A stretch of DNA of 64,000 bases from Promethearchaeota archaeon (GCA_048940445.1 JBHLON010000015.1:9837-73836), one strand, 5' to 3'; positions 9,515 to 19,873 are shown, numbered from the stretch's first letter. Numbers and translations are program-made. Notes: generated from the sequence alone by a model not told the origin.

Positions 9515-9918
9515 ATGTTCTCACTATAAATTAATTTTAATAAGTATTTAAAAAAAATTAGTAGAAAACTAAAGCATTTTTTTCAAATTCCTTTTGCTTT
9601 AAAATTTTTTATAATATGAAAGGTGTAAAACATATTTTAATACAAATTTTTTGTTTCCCAAGCTTATAAACTAGTGTTTTTAGAATTAATCTAAAGAAAA
9701 TATATTCTTTGAAATTTTCTAAATTTAAGATCACATCTAAAATTTAAAAATGAATACAAATTGAAACTAATAAAACAAAGTATGTTTGGTTTTCTCACAA
9801 TTCGCAAGTATTATAAAGAAATTAATAATTTCTAATAATAAGTAAAGATGGACAATTATTGTTATGAAAAAGGAAGCTTTTATAACAATTATTAAACTTA
9901 GGAAGTGGTGAACAAGTT

Positions 9919-10155
9919 ATGATTATAAATCAAGAACTAGAGTTTAAATTAACTGATTTAGGAGAGATTAATAATAAGAATCTTAATGATTTCAAGTTAT
10001 CTCTAAATAAGTTTCTATCAAAGAATGATTATCCCTTTTTTGATACATTTTTAGTCAAAGGTTTCGAATATAAAAAAATTGGTCGGAATGGTAATTCTTT
10101 GCTTTTAGAATTTGAAGAAGTATTAGAAGAATTAATTAATAGAGTTAAATATTGA
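9919..10155 (+). CDS. Hypothetical protein
   Basis: 78-aa ORF preceded by GGTGA SD. Confidence 0.55.
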   Translation: MIINQELEFKLTDLGEINNKNLNDFKLSLNKFLSKNDYPFFDTFLVKGFEYKKIGRNGNSLLLEFEEVLEELINRVKY

Positions 10156-10356
10156 TTCTTTAGTAAATTTCGGTTAAAATACGACATTAATTCAATGATT
10201 TCTTTAAGTAATATCCAAAAATGACTATAGATACAAATTTACCAATAATGCTTAAAACAATTCCCTCCCGTCTTGGACGTGAGAATCCCTCCTTAAATCA
10301 GAGATTATATGGGTAATATAATATTTAAATTTTAATCATATCAATAAAGCATTACT

Positions 10357-11418
10357 TTATCGCTTTTTTTGTTTTCCTTCAATTATGGCTCTCCCCATTT
10401 CTAAGACTCGATTAAAAGGTTCCTCACGATCATCTCTAAGTATTAAAGAAATCGCTTGTTCTGGGCAAACGCCTGCACATAAACCGCAACCTAGGCATAA
10501 ATCTCGATCAATAATAGCGATATCCTCAAGAGATATAGCTTCTACTGGACATCTTTCTATACAGGTTCCACATGCGATACATTTTTCTTCTTCTATTTTT
10601 GATTCAAATAAAGCATTCATAAATCGATGTTTATCTTTACCATATTGAGTAATACCCTTCATTGAAGCACAGCAACAAGAACAACAATTACATATGTTTG
10701 AAAGGTGTTTTGAATTAGCTCCAGCATGAACTAAGCCAGCTTCATCAGCATGTTTAATAATTTGAATCGCTTCCTCGGATGTTATCTCACGTCCAATACC
10801 ATTCTCTATATAGTATTCCGCTGCAACACCAAAACTTAGGCACGTCTCTATAGGATGATTACAGCCTTCTCCTAACAACTGAGCCTCTTTTCTGCAGATA
10901 CAATCAGTTACGGCGATAACTCTTGCATTTTTTATTGATTCCTGCAACATTTGATAAGGAAAAAGAGTAGTACCTGATTGAATAGTTTCTTCTAAAGGGA
11001 TAACTTTAAATCCGGGGATATTACTTACCCCCATCTCCTCAAGACCTGCTTCATTATAATACTGTCTGTACAATTGAGCTAATTCTTTATCCATGTTCTT
11101 AACTGAATATTCATATAACCCTATCATGAACGGAATAGCATTATAAAGGACTTGATTATTTCTACGCGTTCGAAAGATAAGTCCTTTTTTTGCCATTGAT
11201 TCAAGCTTTTCTTCTACTTCATTCAACGGTCTTCTTGTTCTTTTCGCTATAACTCGAGCTTGTTCTGGTTTTATAGTTAAAAACGTGGTTAATTCAGCTT
11301 CCTCTTCAGAGAAAAGCCGTTTTAAAATTTCGATTTCTATTCCAGATGATGTTTTACGAAATCCTATTGGGAATTGATCGAGAAATTCTCTTAATTTCTT
11401 ATATGATTCCATTGTCAT
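10357..11418 (-). CDS. 4Fe-4S dicluster protein with N-terminal HTH-like region
   Basis: CICRK, ICNCCSCCC, CIACGTCIERCP and CLGCGLCAGVCP. Confidence 0.88.
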   Translation of the reverse strand: MTMESYKKLREFLDQFPIGFRKTSSGIEIEILKRLFSEEEAELTTFLTIKPEQARVIAKRTRRPLNEVEEKLESMAKKGLIFRTRRNNQVLYNAIPFMIGLYEYSVKNMDKELAQLYRQYYNEAGLEEMGVSNIPGFKVIPLEETIQSGTTLFPYQMLQESIKNARVIAVTDCICRKEAQLLGEGCNHPIETCLSFGVAAEYYIENGIGREITSEEAIQIIKHADEAGLVHAGANSKHLSNICNCCSCCCASMKGITQYGKDKHRFMNALFESKIEEEKCIACGTCIERCPVEAISLEDIAIIDRDLCLGCGLCAGVCPEQAISLILRDDREEPFNRVLEMGRAIIEGKQKKR

Positions 11419-11614
11419 AAAAACACATATCTTATTTCTTTGATAATCTAATATTAAACTCCTTTTTTTAAAAAGGCTTGAGAATTTAATAATCTTTTTT
11501 GGAAAAGAAATTTTTATATAAAATAAGTTTTATATTATTTCTAATAGGTTATTTCTAAACAGAATTATAAAGAATTTTAATTACTTAATGAGAACACTAT
11601 GGAGTGAATAAAAA

Positions 11615-12229
11615 GTGCCTTCACGTAGAGGAGATGGTACATTAGTCTTTAAGATTTGCTTTTATGGACCTAGCCTTGGAGGTAAAACTACCGCACTTGA
11701 GTGGGTATACCATAAAGAAGGTTTAGCTAGTGGAGACATGCAACAAATACAAGATCCTACTGGGCGCACTCTCTTTTTTGATCGTGTAGTTGCTCGTGTA
11801 TCTAACGTTGTATTCCAGGTCTACACTGTGGCAGGACAAAGACGTCATAAATTCCAAAGACAAACTGTATTAAAAGGTACAGATGCCGTAATTTTTACTT
11901 GGGATTCTCTAATCGATCAATGGCAGGAGAATATCTGGTCGCTTAAGGAATTATTGAAATTTTATGGAGATAAACTTATTCCAATAAAAGAATTTGATCC
12001 TCCTGAAGTGCCAATTGTTTTACTCGCAAATAAGCGGGATTTGGAAGGAATAGTCGAAATCTCAAAAATCAGACAAGTTTTGGATACTGCTAAATTGAAT
12101 CATTGTTTAATATATGAAACAATTGCGATTCAAGGTGTAAATGTAAAGAGAGCATTTGTATATGCTGCTCGACAAGCAGTATTAAATCATTATAAAAAGC
12201 TTTCAGGAAAATCAATTGAAGGCTTTTAG
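11615..12229 (+). CDS. MglA-family small GTPase
   Basis: G1 GPSLGGKTT, switch I GRTLFFD, G3 YTVAGQ (MglA YTVPGQ), G4 NKRD. Confidence 0.88.
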   Translation: MPSRRGDGTLVFKICFYGPSLGGKTTALEWVYHKEGLASGDMQQIQDPTGRTLFFDRVVARVSNVVFQVYTVAGQRRHKFQRQTVLKGTDAVIFTWDSLIDQWQENIWSLKELLKFYGDKLIPIKEFDPPEVPIVLLANKRDLEGIVEISKIRQVLDTAKLNHCLIYETIAIQGVNVKRAFVYAARQAVLNHYKKLSGKSIEGF

Positions 12230-12275
12230 TTACTAGTTCTTTATATAAAATATAGTCTCTCAATAACTGGAGAAT

Positions 12276-12827
12276 TTAAAGATATATAATTTTGGGTTTA
12301 ACTTCATTTTTAGAAATTTTGAGAAATCCATATGAACTTACTACAGTTAATCGATTATCTATAGGAGTGGTAGTTCCAGGATTAAAGAATAAGATACCAC
12401 TTTCTCTTTCATTTACTGGTCTGTGGGTATGTCCAAATATTACAATATCATAATCTGAATCCATAAGATTTAATTTCTTTATTAGACGCTTGACTATCAT
12501 ATTTGGTCCTCCCATTCCATGGATCATTAAGACTTTATGACCTAATATTTCCAGTTCTATTTTTTCTGGTAACTCTCTTGTTAGATTTTTATCAAAATCC
12601 ATGTTTCCTCGAATTGCGATAACCTTTTCTTTTCCAAAAGTCATTATTAGTTGTTGATAAGCTTGAAAAGATGTGAAATCTCCTAGATGGAACACGTAAT
12701 CAACATTTTTTTGAGAAAAGTCATCAATTACTTTCTGTGGAATAACAGAAGTTCTGTGCGGAATATGAGTATCTGAAAGTATTCCAATTAATAGTTCCTC
12801 TTTATTTGATTTAATCAATATTTCCAC
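12276..12827 (-). CDS. YfcE/MJ0936/Vps29-family metallophosphoesterase
   Basis: SDTHIPHR, HLGDF, RGNMD, IHG, FGHTH, FNPG. Confidence 0.9.
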   Translation of the reverse strand: MEILIKSNKEELLIGILSDTHIPHRTSVIPQKVIDDFSQKNVDYVFHLGDFTSFQAYQQLIMTFGKEKVIAIRGNMDFDKNLTRELPEKIELEILGHKVLMIHGMGGPNMIVKRLIKKLNLMDSDYDIVIFGHTHRPVNERESGILFFNPGTTTPIDNRLTVVSSYGFLKISKNEVKPKIIYL

Positions 12828-12830
12828 TCT

Positions 12831-13760
12831 CTATTCTTCTTGTATATGTTGTTTTATTCTAAATTTTACCACTTTAAGAGCAAAATTAATAACTTCTCGT
12901 GTATCTTTCCATCTGCCCTCATCAAGTTTTTCCTTTATCCAATAGTATAAATCTTGTTCAATAGGAATTGTTATATATATTGGTTGGGTCAATTGAGCTT
13001 CTTTTGAGTGTGCCTTGTTCATGAGCCATGAAATTATATTTACAATTAATTTAAAGTTATCCGCAGCACGAATACCATAGATTTCATGAAAACTGGAAAA
13101 GAGAGAGAGATTACCAATTACAACTACTTTCCCAAGGCTATAACGTGCAGCAGCGATTACTGCAACTTTCCTTACTGGCTCATCAAACCATTTTCCTTCA
13201 CTAAAGTATTTATGCCAGGCAGAATCCTCGGATGAAAATGCTACTGCTGTTACGTCTAAATCATCATCCTCAATATTTTCAAATATCTCAAGGGTACAAC
13301 CTGCAGAATGTACAATTTGAGATATATCTTTAGTAATAAAGTGTTTCTTAAAATCTTTAATAATTGGGCGAGAATTATCTTTTGAGAAAAATTCATTATC
13401 AAATAAATGATCCGAATTAAATTTAATTCCAAAATTTGAAGTTAATTCTGAAAGGTTATTCTTGTTAGCTTTATCTCCTCCCTTATCATTAAGAATTAAT
13501 AATGAGCCTCCATTTTTAACATATCTAACTAAATCGTTGATTTCCTCTGGTTGTAAAAAAGCTTCAGCCATTGGAACTCCGATAATGAATACATTATATC
13601 GAGATAATTTCTCATAAGTAATACCCTCCTCAATTTTTCCCAACTTGAAATCGGAATTAAATAGAAACTCTATAAACTCATTAAAAGCAGGATCTTCAAT
13701 TATGAATTTATTCTTGTGGGAATAGTCAAATCCAAAATATGGATTTAATTCCGCATTCAT
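12831..13760 (-). CDS. GIFT (GldG/IFT52-like, GATase-fold) domain fused to a C-terminal ribbon-helix-helix
   Basis: FDYSHKN, YVKNGGSLLIL, FGIKFNSD, GKVVVIGNLSLF, DNFKLIVNIISWL; tail ITIPIEQDLYYWIKEKLDEGRWKDTREVINFALK. Confidence 0.65.
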   Translation of the reverse strand: MNAELNPYFGFDYSHKNKFIIEDPAFNEFIEFLFNSDFKLGKIEEGITYEKLSRYNVFIIGVPMAEAFLQPEEINDLVRYVKNGGSLLILNDKGGDKANKNNLSELTSNFGIKFNSDHLFDNEFFSKDNSRPIIKDFKKHFITKDISQIVHSAGCTLEIFENIEDDDLDVTAVAFSSEDSAWHKYFSEGKWFDEPVRKVAVIAAARYSLGKVVVIGNLSLFSSFHEIYGIRAADNFKLIVNIISWLMNKAHSKEAQLTQPIYITIPIEQDLYYWIKEKLDEGRWKDTREVINFALKVVKFRIKQHIQEE

Positions 13761-13802
13761 AATATAAGATATTGTTTTAATTGATTATAAATTATTTAAT
13801 TT

Positions 13803-14150
13803 ATGTTAAAAAAGCATTATAAAGATATAGAAAATGAACCAGCAACTTTAACTAATGGGACTCCAGTTGATAATGTATTTGTCCGTTGGCTGATTGATGA
13901 AAATGATGGTGCTAATAATTTTGCTATGAGAAGGTTTGAGATTAGGCCAAATGGGAAGGTCCCCATACATAGTCATCCTCAAGATCACGAGATTTACATA
14001 TTACAAGGATCTGGAATATTTTTTAACGAGTCGGAGCAAGTTAAGGTAGAGCCAGGTGATGCAATTTATATCCCACCTAATGAAGAGCATGGAATTAATA
14101 ATACAGGGAAAGAGAATCTTGTATTTTTATGTCTTATACCTTACCTTTAA
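13803..14150 (+). CDS. Cupin domain protein
   Basis: HSHPQDHEIYILQGSG and PGDAIYIPPNEEH metal-binding motifs. Confidence 0.9.
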   Translation: MLKKHYKDIENEPATLTNGTPVDNVFVRWLIDENDGANNFAMRRFEIRPNGKVPIHSHPQDHEIYILQGSGIFFNESEQVKVEPGDAIYIPPNEEHGINNTGKENLVFLCLIPYL

Positions 14151-14162
14151 TATTAAAAGTAT

Positions 14163-16601
14163 TTAGTCTTCTTTATCACATTTTCCTATCGCTACTACAG
14201 AATCTCCTTCATAAAGCTTGATGACTCTTACTCCTTTAGCTTTTCTATGAGTTATTCTTATTGAATCTACTGGAACTCTGATTACTTGTCCTTGTTCAGT
14301 ACCAATTAACATATCCATGTGTTTTGCAATTTTAATTGCAATGACTTTATCATTTTTTTGATGATTTAATGTAATATTTTTCACACCCTTTACACCTCTA
14401 CCTGTTTTTCTGTACTCTTTTACTGAAGTCCTCTGACCATACCCATTTTCAGTTAAAGTTAAAATAATATCATCATTATTTACTAAAAGCGTATCAATTA
14501 TAGCATCTTTTTCTCTTAGATCTACTCCTTTAACACCCATGGAATATTTTCCTAATTCTCTTAATTCGGATTCATCAAATCGAACTGCATATCCTAACTT
14601 TGTTGCTATAAAGATATCTTGTAATTCATTTGAGAGCTTTTTTACACTAACTAATTCATCATCAGAACGAATTCTTTGAGCTCTTACTCCTGTACTTTTA
14701 AATTTCGAAAATGCTTTTAAAGGTGTTTTTTTAATTATACCATATTTAGTTGTCATCAAAAGCATCTCATTAGTGTCAAAATTATTAATTGGAATCATAT
14801 CAGCTATTTTTTCATCTTCTTGTAAAGCAATGAAATTAACAATAGGTTTTCCTCTTGCGGTTCTGGTTTGTAAAGGAATATCATAACACTTTATTGAATA
14901 CACTCGACCTTTAGAGGTAAATATTAAGATTGTATCATGAGTTGATGCTACGAATAAGTCTGTGATAAAATCTTCTTCTCTAATTGTCATACCTTTTTTA
15001 CCACGGCCTCCTCTTGCTTGAGTTTGATACTCTTGCACTGAAATTCTTTTTATGTACTGATTTTTAGTGAAAATGACTATCGTTGGTTCATTTTTTATCA
15101 AATCTTTCTTTTCAATTTCTTTAAAATCTTCTGATGGAACAAATTCTATTTTTGTTCTTCTTTTATCTCCGTATTTTTTGATAAGATCCCTTAATTCTTG
15201 CTTAATAATATTAAGTTGTGTAAGTTTATCTGCCAAGATTTTTTTACATAATTTAATATCTTCGTTTAATGATTTCTCTTCATCAACTAATTTCTGATGT
15301 TCCAGATTGGTAAGGCGAGATAAAGGCATTCCTAAAATTGATTGCACTTGAATCTCAGTAAAACTATATTTTTCAGTTAATTTGGTCTTAGCTTCACTAA
15401 CATCTTTTGATTTTTTGATTACATCAACAACATCATCGATATTATCCAAGGCGAGAAGCAAACCCTCAACTTTGTGAAGTCTTTCTTTAGTTTTTTTTAA
15501 TTTGTATTCTGTTCTCTTTTGTATTATTATAAGTCTATGTGAAATATATTCCTGAAGGATTTCTTTTAAAGTCAAGATTTTTGGTTGTTTACCTTCGTTA
15601 ATTAGAACTAGGTTAGTAATGCTAAAGCTAGTAAGTAAACTCGTTCTTTTAAATAATATATTCTTTATAATAACTGGATGAGCACTCTTAGTTAATTCTA
15701 TTACAATTCGCATACCACTCTTATCAGATTCATCCCGCAAGTCTTTTATATCTTTTAGTATTCCATTTTTTATCAACTTAGCAATTGATTCTATTAAATT
15801 TGATTTATTAACTAAGTAGGGAATTTCCTTAATAACGAGTTGAATTTTATCTCCTTTAGTTTCTGTTTCTATTTTTCCCTGGACACTAATGGTTGCGTTA
15901 CCGGTTGAATAGGCATTATATATCCCACTTGTATCTGTAATTATCCCTCCGGTGGGAAAATCTGGTCCTTTAATAATTTCCAAGAGTTCCTGAATCGATA
16001 TTTCAGGATCGTCAATTGTTGCGATAACTCCTTCACAAATTTCAGTTAAATTATGAGGTGGCATAGAAGTGGCCATTCCAACCGCAATTCCCTTTGTTCC
16101 ATTTATTAATATATTGGGCAATTTTGCTGGTAAAAATATTGGTTCTATTGTAGAATTATCAAAATTAGGTTGAAAATCAACAGTTTCTTTATCAATGTCT
16201 TCAATCAATTCCTCTGAAATCTGAGATAGTCGTGCTTCTGTATATCTGTAAGCTGCTGGTTCGTCTCCGTCAATAGAGCCAAAATTTCCTTGAGGATCAA
16301 TTAAAAGATATCTTAAAGAAAAATCTTGACCCATTCTTACTAGTGCATTATAGACGGCCATATCTCCATGAGGATGATAATTGCCAAGAGTATCGCCTAC
16401 AATTTTAGCACATTTCACATGAGGTCCGGTGTGATTCCAATTATTCTGGGCCATAGCGTAAATAATTCTTCGATTGACGGGTTTAAGTCCGTCTCTTACA
16501 TCAGGTATAGCTCTTCCAACAACCACTGACATGGCATAATCGATATAGCTACTTTTCATCTCATTTTTTAACATTATGTCTTCAATATGTTCTGAACTCA
16601 A
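14163..16601 (-). CDS. gyrA: DNA gyrase subunit A
   Basis: RAIPDVRDGLKP, YHPHGD, catalytic RYTEARL, GyrA-box QARGGRG, beta-pinwheel CTD repeats. Confidence 0.97.
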   Translation of the reverse strand: MSSEHIEDIMLKNEMKSSYIDYAMSVVVGRAIPDVRDGLKPVNRRIIYAMAQNNWNHTGPHVKCAKIVGDTLGNYHPHGDMAVYNALVRMGQDFSLRYLLIDPQGNFGSIDGDEPAAYRYTEARLSQISEELIEDIDKETVDFQPNFDNSTIEPIFLPAKLPNILINGTKGIAVGMATSMPPHNLTEICEGVIATIDDPEISIQELLEIIKGPDFPTGGIITDTSGIYNAYSTGNATISVQGKIETETKGDKIQLVIKEIPYLVNKSNLIESIAKLIKNGILKDIKDLRDESDKSGMRIVIELTKSAHPVIIKNILFKRTSLLTSFSITNLVLINEGKQPKILTLKEILQEYISHRLIIIQKRTEYKLKKTKERLHKVEGLLLALDNIDDVVDVIKKSKDVSEAKTKLTEKYSFTEIQVQSILGMPLSRLTNLEHQKLVDEEKSLNEDIKLCKKILADKLTQLNIIKQELRDLIKKYGDKRRTKIEFVPSEDFKEIEKKDLIKNEPTIVIFTKNQYIKRISVQEYQTQARGGRGKKGMTIREEDFITDLFVASTHDTILIFTSKGRVYSIKCYDIPLQTRTARGKPIVNFIALQEDEKIADMIPINNFDTNEMLLMTTKYGIIKKTPLKAFSKFKSTGVRAQRIRSDDELVSVKKLSNELQDIFIATKLGYAVRFDESELRELGKYSMGVKGVDLREKDAIIDTLLVNNDDIILTLTENGYGQRTSVKEYRKTGRGVKGVKNITLNHQKNDKVIAIKIAKHMDMLIGTEQGQVIRVPVDSIRITHRKAKGVRVIKLYEGDSVVAIGKCDKED

Positions 16602-16640
16602 GCTATTAACCTCATATCAAGTTAAAAATAAATTAAAATG

Positions 16641-18650
16641 CTAAATATCTAAAACGTTTACCTCATCAAAGTTACTTATAATAAACTTTTTTCGAGGTTT
16701 TACTTCTTTTCCCATCAATTTTGAAAAGATTAAATCATTTTCTAGGTAATCCTCATAAGTGACCTTTTTCAATTTTCTAGTTTCTCGATTCATTGTTGTC
16801 TGATATAATTCGTCAGGATTCATTTCACCTAAACCTTTATATCTTTGAATTTTTATTGTTTCTAAGTTCTTTAGTTTATACTTTTTTTTTAATTCCCCGA
16901 AAATTTTATCTCGTTCTTGATCAGTGTAAACATAATGCTTCGATTTTTTATAGGAAATTTGATATAAAGGGGGACAAGCAATATATAAATGACCCTCATC
17001 TATTAATGGTCTCATATATCTAAAAAAGAATGTGAGGAGAAGAGTTTCAATATGTTTTCCATCAATATCAGCATCAACCATAATGACGACTTTATGATAT
17101 CTAAGTTTATTTATATCAAAAGTATCTTCTATATCACCATTTTCTTCATCTTCTCCATTAGTACCATTTGTAAAGTCTTCTTCATAAATTCCAACTCCTA
17201 GTGCCCTGATAATAGATTGAATTTCATTATTTTTTAAGATTTTATCCATTCGAGCTTTTTCTACATTCAAAATTTTACCTCTAAGAGGGAGTATTGCTTG
17301 GTATGTTCTATCTCTACCTTGTTTTGCTGAGCCTCCAGCTGAATTTCCCTCTACAATAAAAATTTCGGTTTTTTCAGGATTATTTGACGAACAATCTGCT
17401 AACTTCCCTGGCATTCTAGCGCTATCTAATGCAGATTTACGGCGAATAAGTTGTCTTGCTTTTTGTGCAGCTTCTCTGGCTAACTTTGCATTTATGGTCT
17501 TTAACACAATTTTCTTACCAGTTTCAGGATGCTCTTCTAAGTATTGAGTTAACCTATCAGTAGTTATTTGGCTTATAATCTGTCTTAATTCAGGATTACC
17601 AAGTTTAATTTTCGTTTGACTTTCAAATTGAGGATCAGGTATCTTTACCGAAATGACCGCTGATAAACCCTCTCGAGTATCAGAGCCACTTAATACATGA
17701 TCCTTATATTTTTTCTCCATATAATTTTCAATATAAGAGTTGAAGGTCCTTGTTAATGCAGATTTAAAAGCAGTTAGATGTGTTCCTCCTTCGATTGTAT
17801 TAATGGTATTTGCATAAGTTAGAATATTCGTTTGATATCCTTGATTATATTGTAAAGCAATATCACAATATGTAGTAGAACCATCTTCTTCCTGATAAGT
17901 ATCGCTAATACAAATGATATCATCATGTAAAGGCTGTTTATCTTTATTTAAATAGGCTATAAATTCTTTAATACCTCCCTCAAAGTGGAATTCTACTTTA
18001 TCATCATTACTTTTATTGAGAAGTTCGAATCTCGCTTGTGGAGTAAGAAAAGCTAGTTCTCTCACTCTATTAGCTATTAAAGAAAAACTGAAAATAGGTT
18101 CTTTTGGATCAAATTCAAATATTTCAGAGTCTGGATAAAATGAGATTTTTGTATAACTTTTTTCATTATTAACTTTGATTATTTCTGGTTCAGAAACCTT
18201 CTTACCTTTAGAGAATCTCTGCTTATATAATTGCCCATCTCTACAAATTTCTACTTCTAACCATTCAGTTAATGCGTTTACAACCGAAAGACCAACACCA
18301 TGCAAACCACCAGATATCTTATAGCTTTTCTTATCGAATTTACCTCCAGAATGTAAATGCTCAAGTATTACTTCTAAGGCTGGTTTATTGAATTCAGGAT
18401 GAATATCAATTGGAATCCCTCGTCCATTATCATGTACTTGAACAGAATTATCTTTATTTAACGTTATTTTTATTTCATCAGCAAATCCACTAATTGCCTC
18501 GTCGACAGAATTATCTAATACTTCAAAAATTAGATGATGCAGTCCTTTTTTTCCTGTATCACCAATATACATCGCTGGACGCTTGCGAACCCCATCCAAG
18601 CCCTTTAGAACTTTAATATCTACTGCGTCGTAAGTTTCCTTATCAGACAT
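16641..18650 (-). CDS. gyrB: DNA gyrase subunit B
   Basis: VRKRPAMYIG, EVLDNSVDE, GGLHGVG, PGKLADC, PLRGK, DADIDG, RYKGLGEM. Confidence 0.97.
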   Translation of the reverse strand: MSDKETYDAVDIKVLKGLDGVRKRPAMYIGDTGKKGLHHLIFEVLDNSVDEAISGFADEIKITLNKDNSVQVHDNGRGIPIDIHPEFNKPALEVILEHLHSGGKFDKKSYKISGGLHGVGLSVVNALTEWLEVEICRDGQLYKQRFSKGKKVSEPEIIKVNNEKSYTKISFYPDSEIFEFDPKEPIFSFSLIANRVRELAFLTPQARFELLNKSNDDKVEFHFEGGIKEFIAYLNKDKQPLHDDIICISDTYQEEDGSTTYCDIALQYNQGYQTNILTYANTINTIEGGTHLTAFKSALTRTFNSYIENYMEKKYKDHVLSGSDTREGLSAVISVKIPDPQFESQTKIKLGNPELRQIISQITTDRLTQYLEEHPETGKKIVLKTINAKLAREAAQKARQLIRRKSALDSARMPGKLADCSSNNPEKTEIFIVEGNSAGGSAKQGRDRTYQAILPLRGKILNVEKARMDKILKNNEIQSIIRALGVGIYEEDFTNGTNGEDEENGDIEDTFDINKLRYHKVVIMVDADIDGKHIETLLLTFFFRYMRPLIDEGHLYIACPPLYQISYKKSKHYVYTDQERDKIFGELKKKYKLKNLETIKIQRYKGLGEMNPDELYQTTMNRETRKLKKVTYEDYLENDLIFSKLMGKEVKPRKKFIISNFDEVNVLDI

Positions 18651-18938
18651 AAAAGATCTATTCTTATGTAGATTCTAATGTAAAGTTAAATTAATCAATT
18701 CTTAATTGAACTAATAAGATTATTTAACATTATACATATAATGAAAGGTATTACGCTAATTTAAATATAAGCACATTTTTGTTTTAACCAAAATTAAATT
18801 ATGTTCAATTAGTTAGACAGAACCTTAGAAATTTGTTAATAAGTTAAGCTTATTATAAAAATGATTGCCAAATTTATGACTTTTTGTTCAAACGGGCTTT
18901 CCATTTAAGAATGATTGAAGTTTAAAAAAGAGGTATAA

Positions 18939-19802
18939 TTATCTATTTTTTCTTATCTGATAAGCCAAATCAACTATTTCAGTCAATTGAGAATTCACAT
19001 CATGAGTTCGAATTATATGTACACCATTATATACTGCTATAGCTGTAGCAGAAAGAGTACCATTTAATCTATTCTCTGGGTCAGGAATATTTAAAGCAGT
19101 TCCTATAAAAGATTTTCTCGAGATAGCAATAAGAATAGGTTTATTTAAGATTCTTAATTTATTTAGATTTGCTATTATTTTTAAATCATATTTATATGTT
19201 TTTTCTTCAGTCCAGTGTCCAATTCCGGGGTCTAGGATTACTTTATTAATATCATATCCTTTAGACTTCAAATGTTTAGTAGTTCTCTTAAATTCATGGA
19301 TTATTTCTTCTATAGTTAATAAATCGCCTGGTATTTCTTTTGATGCCATTAAAATTGTAGGTAAATCTTTTTCATTCACAAAATCAGCTAAGGAAGGATC
19401 AGTTTTAAAACAACTTACATCATTGATTATTATTTTCTTTTTATCTTTTTCGGAAATCTCAAAAGCTTTTTCAGCTACTTGTGTATATTGGGTATCAACA
19501 GAGATAATTATATCATTTGGAATGATTTCACATAAAAGCTCCATTGCTGGTTTAAATCTATCTATTTCTTCATCAATAGTAATTTTCTTTGACCACGGAG
19601 CAGTTGATCTTGCCCCCAAATCCAATATTTTTGCACCGCTTTCAATCATCTCTAAAGCAGCTATTTTCATTTTATCAAGAGTTTCATAAACAGAACCTCG
19701 ATAGAAAGATTCTGGGCTTAAATTTAAAACACCCATTACAACTGGTGAAAAATCATCCCCGATTTCTAAATATTCAAATAAATTTGCATATATTTTCTTC
19801 AA
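18939..19802 (-). CDS. folP: Dihydropteroate synthase
   Basis: MGVLNLSPESF, SVDT, IINDVS, LDPGIG, SRKSFIG, IRTHDV. Confidence 0.92.
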   Translation of the reverse strand: MKKIYANLFEYLEIGDDFSPVVMGVLNLSPESFYRGSVYETLDKMKIAALEMIESGAKILDLGARSTAPWSKKITIDEEIDRFKPAMELLCEIIPNDIIISVDTQYTQVAEKAFEISEKDKKKIIINDVSCFKTDPSLADFVNEKDLPTILMASKEIPGDLLTIEEIIHEFKRTTKHLKSKGYDINKVILDPGIGHWTEEKTYKYDLKIIANLNKLRILNKPILIAISRKSFIGTALNIPDPENRLNGTLSATAIAVYNGVHIIRTHDVNSQLTEIVDLAYQIRKNR

Positions 19803-19873
19803 GGTTATCTATAATTGTAAAAAACTATATCAAATAAGTTTAATTTTTTAATCTCCAAATAAGTTCTTTACAA

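Noticed and set aside
10160-10356. SECIS element downstream of the Fe-S gene
   Set aside because: The gene has no in-frame TGA and no convincing SECIS core is visible
14163-18650. Inteins in gyrase, or topoisomerase IV identity
   Set aside because: Lengths are normal with no splice motifs, and the GyrA-box is present
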